The notes: generated by a model from the sequence alone, not told the origin. DNA of 64,000 nucleotides from Geosiphon pyriformis uo1 (GCA_016748015.1 JAAOMT010000523.1:1448206-1512205), one strand, 5' to 3'. Counted from the first letter of the stretch, positions 23,906-37,692 are shown. Numbers and translations: made by a program.

Positions 23906-26377
23906 ATGCCGAAGCAGCACATTCCCCGAAAAGCGTCTCAATCAATTGACGGATATTTGACGCCACCTGTGGATGAAAAGAATCCCATATTTTCACAAAT
24001 GCTTGATATCACTGGAACTACAGTTGTTACCATAGATGCTACTGTCAGCACGGCAGGAAACTTTATGGGAGTAATGTCAGCTGTTGGCAGTGCTGCTGGT
24101 CAAGTTGGAGCGATGGCAACCTTCGCTACCTTTGTTCCTTTAATTTCAGATGTTTTAAGATTGGTCGAAGGAATGGTACAACTTTACCAACAAGCCGAAC
24201 ACAATAAACGTATATGTGGTGTACTATTGGATCGTGTATTCGCAGCCGAAGCAGCCGTGAAAAATTTGCAAGTTCGAAAAAATGAACACATGGATTTTTT
24301 CAAAAATAACGAAAACTATCGAATTTTTCAGAATTTTCGAAATAATATTGAGAAAATAAAACGATTTATAGAAGACATTTCACAGATTAAAGGGTTGCGC
24401 AAATTCACTCAAGGATATTTACAAGCTAATGCCATTAAGAAAACTTTCAAAGAACTTACAAAAGAGTTTGATGGCTATATGCAAACGTTGCAATTTACAA
24501 TCACTATCGAGATTCATGCACAACAACAGAAAGATGGTGAGGTTTTGGATCAAGATATCAACGAATTAAAGCAAGTAAGTACTCTACGTATCATGCTAGA
24601 TTAAACATTTTTTATTATTAGTGATGAATGATTAATAGTTACTTCTCTTAGTACCTGAGCGATATAGAAGGTGGAATTACGGATATACGCGGAGATATTT
24701 CTCTTGCTATTGAGAGGATTGATCTTTTGGCTAGGTTGTTCCTTAAACAACCTCCAGAGCTGTCGAGTTCGTCATCACTCCCAATCTCCACTGATCAACC
24801 TCTTGAAATCTCCGCCTTTACACCTCCAGAAAGTCAAAAGGGTAAAGTACAGAAACGTATCAGGAAGGCGGATTATGAAGAGGCTGCTTTCAAAGAGCTT
24901 ACTTTAGAAACGTTACCCCATGATATTTACACCCAAGTCACAATTCTCAAGAAACTGCAAGATTCTAAAAATATAATCAGATTTTATGGTCTGGCAAAAG
25001 AAAATGAGAAATTATATTTGGTTACGGAATGGGCTGAGCACCGAAGTTTGAAAGAATATTATACAAATTATTCGAACCTTTACGATTGGAGAAAGAAAAT
25101 TGAGTTTGCCCTTGACATTTGTCGTGGTTTGAGCTTTCTGCAAGCGGTTAACATCCTTCATCATGATATTCGAAGCGAAAATGTACTCGTCCTTCAAACC
25201 GGGAAGGCAAAAATCGCTAATTTTGGGTTATCACGTGGGTTCAGTCAGGCCACGAAAAATATTGCAGCAAATGTTGAGAATGTTCGTTATATGGCTCCTG
25301 AAAAAATAATTGATCGTAGATATCGTTATGATTGCAAATGTGAAATTTATAGGTTTGTTATTTTTAGCTCAAGTCTTTTTGTTATTGTTGTTGTTGTTGT
25401 TGAACAAGAAATTGAACATGGACAAATTTATTCCTTTCATATTTTTACAGTTTTGGAATGCTTTTATGGGAGATTTATGAAAAGAAAATTCCATATAGTA
25501 ATATTCTTAATGACATAGTGAAAATTCGGGAAATCGTGGTAAATAAGAAAATGCGTGAAACTTGGACATCCCCAAATACTCCGTCCGAATACAAGAAGGT
25601 TTATAATCAGGGTAAGATTTTTGTGAAAAATCTTTTTGAAATTTTCAATGATCAACTTTAACCTAATTTTCCCATTGTGAAATAGCTGTCCATGATGATC
25701 CCAGTCTGCGACCATCCATTTCAGATATTTTCAAAATGTTAGTTCCTCTTTGGAAAAACGTTCAGCCACCCCCATCACCGAGAATGGTTCCATTAAGGAA
25801 TAATTCTCAATTTTCTGAATCAGAAAAAGGTGATAGTGATAATGAAGGCGATAGTGATGAAGATTGTAGCATTGAACCCCCAAGGATACCTCTACAAGAA
25901 GCAATTAGGGAACACAAAAAGAAGGATGGAGATAAAAAGAAAGCATGGGATGCTTTTCAATATTATAAAAATATTGGAGATATTCAAGCGAAATATTGGG
26001 TTGGTTACTACCTTTACTATGACATTCTCAAATTTCCTGAAACAGAGTATAGTAAAGAAGAACGTCTTCAAGAGTCAGCTAAACTTTTCAAAGAAAGTGC
26101 CGATGAATGTGGGATGCAGGAAGCTCAACTTCGGTATGGTTATTGTTTATGGCATGGTCACGGGGTTGAGAAAGATATACCTGAGGCAATTAATTACTTT
26201 GAAAGGTCAGCTGATAATGGAAATGCTACGGCTATGTATAATGTTGGAAATGTTTATTACAACGGAATAGGGGTTGAACCTGATATTCAAAAAGGGGAAC
26301 AATATTTAATCATGGGTGCTTATAATGGACAACCGAAAGCGAGAGAAATGTGCGATGAGAAGGGAATCAAATTGTGA
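23906..26377 (+). CDS. MLKL-like protein: N-terminal four-helix-bundle (MLKL_NTD/HeLo-like) domain, pseudokinase and C-terminal SEL1 repeats (about 740 aa)
   Basis: Exons 23906-24574, 24652-25352, 25451-25611, 25686-26377 splice in frame. FVPLISDV..LYQQAEHNKRICGVLLDRV..AEAAVKNL is the 4HB signature. Kinase fold AAFKEL, NIIRFYG, HHDIRSEN, IANFG, RYMAPE, CEIYSFG. SEL1 repeats AQLRYGYCLWHGHGVEKD and AMYNVGNVYYNGIGV. Confidence 0.88.
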
Positions 26378-27827
26378 AGCCTGTTAAAATTATAAATTAA
26401 ATTAATGTTCAATACGAATTCGTTTTTGGGAAATTTTGTACTAAATGGATTGTTTACAAAAAGTATGAATAGAATCTAGTCTTGTGTAAATTATATAATT
26501 TATTAATATTATGCATGTATAAATTCTCAACTCCAAAGGTAGTTTCGATTGTCAGTTTTTTAATTTCCTGTAATTCTTTTGATTTTGACAAGAATTATTA
26601 ATAGCCTAATTAAATAGTAACTTGAAGTGTGTGTTAACTTTTATCATGAGTAACATTGTATATTTTCAAAGCTTCTGTATTTTTCTATTTTGAGTTTAAA
26701 TAATTTTCTTTCAAGAAAAAAATAATTTATATTGAGAATTTTTTGTAAATCTTTTTCATGTTTTATTATTGATTAAAAATTTGGTTTAACGTCAACTTTT
26801 TTTATCTCTTAAAAAGAATAAAATACTATTTGATGTTACAGCATCATTGTTATAATTTTTATTATTATCATTAAATTTTAAAATAACAATAGATGAAGCG
26901 ATTAAAATATTGAAGAACGTGATAAAAATGTAGTAAATTCATTAGATTTAATTAAAAGTCACTTTATTTACATTGAGCAAAAATTTTGAGTAATTAATTT
27001 ATAAATCTTTTTAACAGAAAAAATGTATACATTTAATGTGTACCAATCGAAATAAATAATTTCTGAAACATTTTCTCCTTTGTTTTAATATTTCAAACTT
27101 TTCATATTTAACCAAAAAAATATTGAACTTTTCTTCATTTAATGTCAAAGATTTTGAAGTTATTTCAAATAAAATATTTAGTAAAAATTATTAGCTTATC
27201 AAAAATTATTTAAAGTTGATAAATTTTATTTCTTTTAAAAATTATTTCAATAAATAAGAAATCTGTAGATATTTAGAAACCTTTTTTTTTAATACCAAAA
27301 TATTTTTATGATTTCATGTCTATAATCGTTGAATAACAGAGAAAATTTTTATATTTACGTTATTTTTGTCTTTTAGGTTCGTTATCACAGAAAAACGCAA
27401 CAATTAACAAAAAATTAAATTATTTTAAAGATTTAAAAATAAAAAGCAGTACTATATATGTAAGTCTTATTTTTCATATGTTACTATATATATTTTTTAA
27501 TAAAAGTATTTTTATAATAATATTATTTTTAAAAGTTAAAAATTAGATATATAAATATTAGAATAATTTTCTTGAATTGAATAGGAAACATACTGAATCT
27601 TTTCTTTATACATAAAATTAAATTAGATTATTAATATTATAACTAATAGTTTATTTCTAAAATCTTTTATTCCAAGCAAACAATAGTTTTTAATCTAATA
27701 AATAAAAATTTGAATCTAAAGAATCTTATACACTTATTTAACATCTAATTTATAATCTTACTTTATAAGGCTAAAATTTTAGATACTCTAAAGTTTCTTT
27801 AGAAAATTTTAATTTGAGAAAAAGATG

Positions 27828-27832
<5 letters not shown>

Positions 27833-27902
<70 letters not shown>
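27833..27902 (+). repeat. 70-nt poly(A) tract
   Basis: Uninterrupted A run. Confidence 0.9.
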
Positions 27903-27903
<1 letters not shown>

Positions 27904-28369
27904 ACTTTTAAATTGAAGGTTTCACTTTTGTCCATTTAGAATAATCAATATTTTTTGAGTTTTTTGATTAATATTTTTATAATAATTTGAAATTATTACT
28001 TTTCGATTCAGCATGCTCGTTAAAAATATAAATTTCGAAAATTTTTAACCTGAACTATTCTCTAAATTTTGAAATAATCTAAAAATTTTAAAAATGAACT
28101 AATTTTAGACCTATCAAGTTATGTCACAGATAAAAAATGTCTTTATAATCAAAAAGATTTTCCGAATAGATAACCTCTAAAGATTGAAACAAAATTAAAA
28201 AAAAACAATGATGCCAAATGGAAAAAAATATTTACAAATACTTATGATAATTGTGTTTGTAGAGATTTGTCAAATTCAAGTGTTTTTTGAACATCATATC
28301 AAATTGAATTTCAGAAAGTTCATTTCGCATAAAAAAATTGATACAAAAGACGAAAAAATTATTTAAAGG

Positions 28370-29887
28370 ATGCCTAACCTGAGTCAAAACCTACAAAAAA
28401 AGTCAATCATAACAAAAATAGACTTATACCAAAAACTATTAATCACCTTACTCTTTTTACTATCCCTTTGGACATGTGGAAAAGCTTTACCAGCTTCAGA
28501 GTTCTTGAAGTTTGATGAAAATAATAAAATTCAAGAGCTTTTTCTTCCTGAAGATGATTCAAAGGAAATTTTTTTAGATCAAAAGAATTTTATCTCTGCA
28601 ACCGAGGAAATTCAAATACCTAATACGGAAAATGAAGCATGGATTGAAAATAAATTCCTCGGATCAATCTCATCAACTGATGTGACTTTGGAACAAGATC
28701 AAATGAACTTTGATAATACATCTGATTACAAAGAACTTACTTTTCTCTCGAATTCAATTTTTAATCCGAATTCTGGAAATGAATTTGAATTTGAAACTGT
28801 AAAAAATAAAAATTGGGAAAAAACTCTTCAACCATTAACTTCTAATTTATTCCAGGAATATATTTTTAAGAAAAAGGACATTAATAGTGCTTATATTTTA
28901 AGCCAACTTCGTCTATCCGCTAGATATGCATGGCTCGCATATTGCCTTAATAGTGGGAATGAAATTTCTAAAGAAGTTTATGGTGAATATAGTGAAAAAG
29001 CTCCAAAAATTTGATAAAATTTTCAAGCACTCATTTCAAGTATTTCGCTTACAAACTTAAATTTATTAGTTCGATCGGACAGGGAATCAAGAAATGAATT
29101 TATCTTTTATTTTCGAGGCGAAGAGAAAAATCTCCAATCAATCTTGCAAAATAATACCCAAACAGCATATCAACCTGCTAATTTCTCTATTCATGGTAGT
29201 GTTCGTTTAATGGTTCATGCAGGCTTGTTTAACAAATTTAAGAAAGCTCGGAAGATTTTCTTGGAAATTTTAATTGAACTTTTAGAAGAAGGATTGATAA
29301 AATCGGCTATTATTGTAGGGCACAGTTTAGGAGGAGGTATTTTCTAATATTACAAGTTAAATGGCTTTTAAGAATTTATCAATTCAATTCAATTCTTAAT
29401 ATCCAATAGTATACGCCACATTTGCAGCTCTGGGCCTAAAAGAAATTTCTCCAAAAACTTCAATTACTCTGTACACATTCGGGGAACCTCGTATTGGAGA
29501 TCGTAATTTTGTGAACTACTTTGAAAAAACATTTAATCAAGATAAAAGATCGGTCTATCGTGTCACGCATTCTAATGACGATATTCCATTATACCCATCA
29601 AAGGAAGAAGGATATGTACACCATGAACGAGAGTATTGGATTAATGGTCAGAGTACAATTGAATGTATTAGTGAGCCTGGGGAAGAAAATAAGGTATTTT
29701 TAAATCCTATATATCAATGCTCTTGTTATCTTGGTCTTTTAATGAGATTTTTTTTATTTTTCAATACCAGAATTGCATAAATGGTGTTTCTCGACCAGCA
29801 CATTCTTCTTCACTTAATGGAAATATAATAGTTTCCCACGCTGGGCCATATTATGGTTTCTTAATGAATGGGAGGTGCATTATCTGA
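28370..29887 (+). CDS. Class-3 lipase B, secreted, with intact Ser-Asp-His triad
   Basis: Exons 28370-28982, 29070-29336, 29410-29693, 29771-29887 (about 426 aa). Motifs VHAGLF, VGHSLGGVYA, YTFGEPRIGD, THSNDDIPLYP, YVHHEREYW, SHAGPYYG. Confidence 0.9.
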
Positions 29888-30074
29888 AATTAAACAAGAA
29901 AATCTTCATGGGAATGCGCCGAAAATTCAAGAAAAGAAATGTTTTTTAAAATTGAAAAATTCCCCGGACCACTTTCTAACAGTGACCTTATTTTAAAGAA
30001 ATCAAATTTCACATGGCAAAAATTAGCTCATAAATGTTTACATTCTAAATTTATTTCAAGAAATGATGTATATT

Positions 30075-31587
30075 TCATGTGATGCATGAGCCCATTGGAA
30101 CCCCATAATATTCATTTATTTGGTCATTTAAGACATTATTAATTTGCAATGAACCCTGACTTGTTGTTTGAAATTTATAACTGTTTACACAATTCTGTAA
30201 AAATATTAAAAAATAAAACTAAATAAAATTTAATTATTCTTTACCAATTCAAAGTAGTATTAATATTTATAACACATTACCTCATTTTCTTTTACACTGG
30301 TACTTATACATCGATATGTCTCTTTACCATTTAGGAAAAATTCTTCAGAGTGATGTTTGTAATTTCTTTCGCGTTCTGGTATTAGAGGTAGTTTATCGGA
30401 TAACTTTGTCATACGATATATATTTGGATTATACTTTTTGCTAAAAACACTGTCAACGTAGTTGGCAAATTCTACGTTGCCTATACGAGGTTGACCATAA
30501 GTGTACACAGTAACTTCTCTTTCGGGATAAGCCTCTTTGAACGATAATGCGCTCAAAACTGCAAACACTAGTAAAAAATTTCTTTGTTTGAATATTCGAT
30601 GAGATTGAAATATTTTATTATCATAGTTCATATCGATATGAAGTAAAAATGACCTACCACCGCCTAAGCTGTGCCCAACGAAAAAAATTGACATGTCACG
30701 ATTTAACTTTGAAATCTTTCTTGATAAAACATTAATCAACCTTCCACGAATCCATAAAAATTCTTTGTAAATTTCTCTATGAATCATGGCGTCTTGAACT
30801 CTTCGACCTTTCCAAGTTATGTAAAACGTTTGACGGTTATTTTTAAATAAATTGGGTAAATCTTTATTGTTTCCTCGAAACACAACATTTATACTGTTAA
30901 TATCTTCAACATCTATCTGAACTTATTTTTTGAAAAAGTGAGTTTAAAATAAGACTTGATTTCTAGGTGACAAAATAGTTAAAATCCGAAGCTTCTCTTA
31001 CCATCTACTCGATTGGATAAAGAAATGATTTCTTCTTTTAAACAATATATATACCCTGCGTATTCGGCATACTTGCGAATTTTCCATAGTGTTTGAACAT
31101 CATTGACAAGCGATGGTTTGAATGCATTTTTTCCAAAATTTACTATAAGTTCAAAGAGATTTTTCCAATCTTCGATAGTAAATTCTCGCCGAGTATTTCC
31201 CAAAATATCTTCTTCCTTTTTCAGAATCTTATCAGAACCAGGTTTAATATTAATTGATTGGTTTTCTGGCAGATAAGAAATATCTGAATAATCATTTTCG
31301 ATATTTTTTGTAATGATTGATGTGTCTTGAAATATTGAATCAGAGTTCATTTGAGTAAGATCTTTTTCAGCAGATAACACTTTTGAATCATCAAAAGATT
31401 TTAACACTCCTTGAAGCTCTTCCTGTTCTTTATATATGGTCAATGTTGGTTCTATACTACTAAACTTTCTTTGTGATGAGAATGGTTCCTCATTCAAAAA
31501 ATTTTTAAACGCATGACTTATCATAATTTTTGAAATAATATAAATCAATGTAATCCATAAAAATATAGTTGAAATTTTTTCGTTCAT
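30075..31587 (-). CDS. Class-3 lipase-like protein C, secreted; GHSLGG present but catalytic His position is Gln
   Basis: Exons 31587-31002, 30921-30658, 30567-30281, 30194-30075 (about 418 aa). Motifs VGHSLGG, YTYGQPRIGN, LSDKLPLIP, YKHHSEEF, NDQINEYYG. Confidence 0.88.
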
Positions 31588-32067
31588 TCTTTTTCTTGTT
31601 AAACTCCTTTTTCCTTTTTCCAAAATATTTAAATAAGATAATTTTAAAGGAATGATTTTTTGGAAAAAAAAATAACTTGGTTTTTTTTTTTTCGGTACAA
31701 AATAGAATAAGATATTATTCTTAATGAGTAATTCATAAGAAAGTAAATTAGAATGCTTATCAATTATATATTTATTTGTTAATAAATCTTTCACCTATCT
31801 TTTTTCCGATCTATCACTGGTTTTTGAAACTTATAAAAAAAGAAATATTAATTCCTTAAAAAAATTTTTTACAAAAAAAAAAAAAAGCCTGAAATGTACA
31901 AAGATTAATAAAAAATTATTTTTAAAAAAAAAAAAATTTTTCAAAAAAGTTAAAATTGATTGTTTTTTTTTCAAAAGTTTCCTTTATTTGGAAACAAAAT
32001 CAAAAGATCAGAATTTAGGTTTATTCAATATTTAAATAACTGTTTAATGAAATTAAAATTCATGCCA

Positions 32068-32099
<32 letters not shown>

Positions 32100-32820
32100 C
32101 AGTTTGAAGATTTTAAAATAACCAAAAATATGGAAAAAAATGATATTATAATAAAATAAATATATGATTTAATAGATTTCATAATATATATATATATATA
32201 TATATATTTATTTAATGGTTTATTAATTAATCTACCCCCGAAATTACAGTCATATTTGTATTTTTCCCAAAAAGAAAAGCAAATTTTTATTTTTTTTACC
32301 ATAAATTAAAGAATTAAGGTAAGCTAGAGATAATATTTTCGGATTGAAAAATTTGAAATTAAAATTATAATGCCTTTAATATAATTTTTTGATTTATATG
32401 TTATAAAATATTTTTTTTAAAAAGGTCTAATATTATTTCAAATATTTGCATTAACTCCAACATCCAAAATATTTATTCACAAATCCTGTCATTCAAATTA
32501 GAGAACATTTTAATAAAGGAACACAGTTATTTAATTAATCAATTTGCTATGAAATTTGGAAATGACAAACCAATTTATATACTTGAAATTAACTTTCTTT
32601 GCATGGAAATGGCAAAAAAAAACAATTTTAATCCAGAATGTATATCGAAAAGGATGATTGATTTTCAAAAAAAAAAAATTATAACCCGAGAATTTACCTG
32701 CATGTTCTATTTAATATTCTTTGATCCTACTTTATTTCATCATGATTTGTAAGTCTGACTATTTACATTTATATAAACTTAATAAGTAAATGAACAATTA
32801 AAGTAAAAATGATACCTTAC

Positions 32821-34100
32821 CTATTTTTTCTGGTCAGAATTATAACCACTAATATCCTCTTTTGTAGACCAATTATTCGATATCTGACCTTTAAATCCCT
32901 TTGCCTTCAACCTAGGATCACGTCCAGCAGCAACATTTCTTCTATTCAACTCTTTCATTCTATTTTCTTCTGTACAAAGATATATTAATTGCGCTAGAAG
33001 CTGTTTTTGTTCTGTATTTAATAAACTCTCAAATTGGTACAATAATTGCCGAAAATGAAGTGAGCCACTATTAGAAGCAATTTCAGGCCATTGTGAAATT
33101 TCTCCCATTGTTTTTTTACCCTGATCATTGAGAGACACAATTGAGCCAGAAGGTTTACCCTCTCTGCATTTTACTATATTTGAACTTGCTTGTAATCTGG
33201 CTGAAGTTGATGCTGGTCCTAGTGAAAGTTTTCTTCTGAGTGCACTGAGTTCGCGAATCTGAATTTCCCGAAGGGCTGGATACTCTGGTCTTGTTTTTCT
33301 CTTTAAATTATCAAGCTGCTGCCGAAACTGAAACTAATTGGAAAAATTAAATAATTGGCAGGTTAAACAGAATTATCCTCTCTTTCTAAATTTTAAATGT
33401 CGAATCCCGTTTTCCTTATATATTCTACTTCCGATTAATTGATTATTCAATTCATTTTACTTCCAAAGACTGACCTGCAGATATTCATTAACCATTTTTT
33501 GGCTTTTATTGCCTCGATTTGAGTACTCTTTGACCACATCTTTTACCGCTGATATATTTCCCACACCTGAATTACCAACTGTTTCCATCTCTTTTGTTAA
33601 AATTTTCACTACATTTTCATGTAGAATTAAATTTTCTAAAAGGTTTTCTTTCGATTTCACATTTAAACCATTATTAAATTCAAGCCAAAACTTTTTGTGA
33701 AAATCTTCTACTTCGGCGGCTTGTCTTTTGACCAAATTGGAAATGTGTTTTAAATGAAGCTTTTTCAAGAAAGGGAGACGCCTTTGACAAAAATCTGCCT
33801 CTGACTCTTGTATTACAGGTTCACCCCTCCGTCGTGGTTGACAACCTGGTGCATAAGGAAAGCCATCTTCAAGGCTTTTTTGTGCCAAAGAGAAAGAAGA
33901 TTTCACCTTTGATTTAAGATTGTGTCGACCCAACATATCAGATGAATGACAGATGAATTAAAATTTTTAACTTGAATACTCATGACTTACATTTCTGGAT
34001 ATTTGTCTGTTAAATCCCAGTTAAATTTAAATTCCTAGAATAGAATATTTTAGAAAGGTTATTGATATAAATCATTAAGAAAGTTATTGTAGCTTACCAT
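32821..34100 (-). CDS. Hypothetical protein (about 319 aa, helical and basic)
   Basis: ATG-only first coding exon (34100-34098) followed by exons 34034-33991, 33874-33475 and 33333-32821, which splice in frame and join two listed ORFs. No recognised domain. Confidence 0.6.
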
Positions 34101-37100
34101 ATTTCAGTGTGCTGTATATATATATTCACACTTTTTGTCACAGTTTCAGCAAGAAAGTTCCAAAAAAGAAAAAGGAGTGAATTGAATGATTGCTTTCAAC
34201 TAAAAGAAAAACTGTTCAGCTGTCCCTTTTATAAACCAATGTAGAATCATCTTATTAATTATCTGACAGGATCTGTCTTAGAATGATATCGAATACAATC
34301 AATAATTCATCATCCATGGTGATAAAAAAACTAATATTAGATAGATGTCAGTAAGTTAATGCAATTGATAACGCTAATTTCTATGTAAAGAACTTACTTA
34401 TTAACCATAAAATTGAGCATTTTCCAAGTAATGGGTTAAAGAGCTAAAAAAAAAGCTTATCAATTAGTACATAAAAATAGAGTTTAGTAATAAATCCTTT
34501 TATGTTTGAGCTTTATCATGTGAAGTAATGATCAATTTAAAAGATCCGATCCTTTATATTACAATATCAATATTTTGTAAAATACAACCTTCTGCTAATT
34601 AAAGAGTCAATTAAAAATGAAATAACTGATAACTTTTAAAGTCTTTCTCTCTTCATTATAAAGAACAAATTAGTATTATTATTATTATTAAAACATTCTT
34701 GCAATTTTAGTAGAAATTAATTGTAAAGTTTTTTTGGGTTATTTTTCCTAATAGTGATGGTACGAATTCAAGTATCTCCTATTTATAAAAGATAGAACTT
34801 TGAGGCTCTGCTTGCCAATTTGTCATTCTACAAGTGTTAAAAATCCTGAATCCAAATCTGTAAACATTGTTTATACAAAATATGGAGTATAATTTATTGA
34901 TGATTTGTATATACATGTATTATATTGATAAAGACAATTACTTTGACTAAAGAAATTCAATTAAAAGCTAAAATATATTTTATTAAAGCAATAGTATTTA
35001 CAATTTTGGTAAATTATTTTTATTCATTAAAAGTTACAAAGCTTTTGAAACAATATATTCAATAAAATATTTAAATGTTTTAATTTTGGAAAAAATTGCT
35101 ATTGACAGCTTTTTTGAATAAAATTTCATTTAAAGTTATAAACCAAATTGGAAAAAATTGACAAATTTTGCAAGAATTGCCACTATTAAAGCTAAATTTT
35201 GAATTATAGTTATATTAATTAAGCAAAATTTTTAAAATAAATAATGATAACATTAAAAAAATTTTAAAATGCAAACTTTACACAAAACAGATTTATATTG
35301 TTCTTAAAAAACTATGATTTTCACATAAATCTATTTGGATTTTAAAAAAGCACTAAACATTATTGTTAAAAAAATACAAGAATATCAAAGAAAAAAACAC
35401 ATTTAAAAAACAATAATTGTCCAAAAATAACCAATTTCTTTCAATTGTACTTTTTTTTTTGCAATTAAAAGTTTTGCTGTATTTATACTTTTATATGTTC
35501 CTTGATTAATTTGCTTTTATAAATAATGTATAAGCTTATGTTATACAAAATCTGCAATTAACTTATTATATCAAATTTTTGTTTTAATATGTATTTATTA
35601 TAATAGTTATCTTCTTAATTATTTATGTCACATTAATAAATATCTTATTTTTATAATTAATTTTTAATCTAGTTATTGATCAAGTTTAAATATTTTTACA
35701 AAAAAACTGAAAAAAGGTTTTCCAATATTATTTAGACATTTTAATAATTTAAATTTGTAATAATAAAGATATTAAATTAATGAACATCTATTTAACAAAA
35801 CCTAAGATTGTAATAAGTCTAAATTTTTATGCTAAGCTTTATATTTTTCCGGTACAAGACGCATGAACAAGCGCTAAGTCGTCCTTCAATCAATACTTAT
35901 TAGGTTCTTCATTTTACTAATATAAAAAAGTGTTGGTTTGAAGTTTACATAAAAGGTTTGCTTGTAAATTTCCATGCTTTGGATATTTATAAATAGATTT
36001 CGAAGAACAAAAAACAAAGATTTTTCATGTGCAACTTGTTTATATATCTTCCATTCGGAAAATAATTAAATTTTTTATTTTACTTTATTTTATCAAGTAT
36101 CGCCAATTGAGAATGGGTAAAGCAAGATTTTATAATAACAGCGATTATCAAAACATAATATGGGGGAACCGAGATATTAACACAGTTAACTTTGAACAAA
36201 GATGAAATGAAAGGAATAATATCCCTTCGAAAAAAAATTAAAAGAATGGTAATATATAAATAATAGAATGCATCGTTACTATTTTTATGAAAAATGAGAT
36301 CTCAAAATTAATCTCCCTAGAGAGTTAATTTAAAGTTTTTCATTTGAGATTTAGGATGATGTCGCCGAATAAGGTTTTGACTGATCTTGGAGTGAGGACA
36401 ATAGCACCCTGAGGTATTGATATTTCAATAGTCAAAAAAGATTTAACGCTTCAAAAGTTTGAGACTGTCGCAATGTTAGATTTTATTTATTTTATTCTAT
36501 TTTAATAAGAATTCAAAAATAGCATTAACTGAACTGTGATAGTGATTCAATCTTTTAATTTTTCCCTCGGAGGCTTAATATTTGAAACAACCAAAAAAGG
36601 CTTCAAAAATAGGGGATTTGAAACAGCAACTAGCTCAGCATGACATAACAGTTGCATGCATAACCTATAAAATATCGAGAAAAGACTAAATGCTATTCAA
36701 GTAACTACGTCGTTATCGTTTCATGATCTACAGTAAAAGATGCTTGACGCCCAAAAAGCTCTGTGAAATTCGAGACAATCATCTCATTGCTTATGCAAGC
36801 TTGCCACTGTGTAAATAATAATCTTTGACTTGTGAAAATAGCTAAAATAGTAAAGACATTGTTCGGAAATAGGGAAAATACATGTGAAGGTCCGAAAAAA
36901 ACGTGATAACTCAATATCTGCATATTTTTCGCCTAACAATTAAACAACTTCCCTTTTTTTCGAATTTGGATACGAGCCCTAGTTTTTTCTGCTAACTACC
37001 TTTAACCTATCTTTGTTCTATTGCAGACAGTTGTATATTTAGCTTCCATTTTCTTTCGTTTTTGGTTTTATGGAAAGTTTTTTTCAAATTGTGAACTTGT

Positions 37101-37143
37101 GAAAAAATAGACATCTAAGCAACTTAATATTTCAAAAGTGAAC

Positions 37144-37653
37144 ATGGAAAGGAAAACAATAAAAAAGATTTCGATAATTTTTTTGGTTTGGGTGTTGTTT
37201 CCATTGGTTTCGTTTGCGACAGGTATCTCAAAGACAGAGTTGTTCAATAAAAATTCCCAAGAAATTTTCAGAGACATAAACCTAATTCAATTTTATCTTT
37301 CATTTGAATCTCCCAGTTCTCTCCTACATTGTTACATGGTGTTTTTACATTCTTTACGGTGGGTAATGCTGATGATGCAAATAAATTGGGAATATATTTA
37401 AAATCAAAAGATAATTTCAAAACTCCATTATATTCCGAAATTTTAGCAAAAACTGATGCACCAAAAGGCCAACCACTTGTTCCTTTAAGTCCTTGGAGAG
37501 TTTTTAAAGTCACCCTCTATGTTCTCGCTTATGTCTATGAGAATTTGACGGGACCTTTCATACCATCGATTGTTCAATATATTTGGCATAAGTTATCATC
37601 TGAACGAAAGAAGACTACAGTGAAGTATGGAATTTATTGGAGTTAATCTATAT

Positions 37654-37692
<39 letters not shown>

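Noticed and set aside
36350-36415. Possible C/D-box snoRNA (gatgat..ctga..tgagga..ctga)
   Set aside because: Imperfect C box, short, no terminal stem and no rRNA-complementary guide that I could identify.
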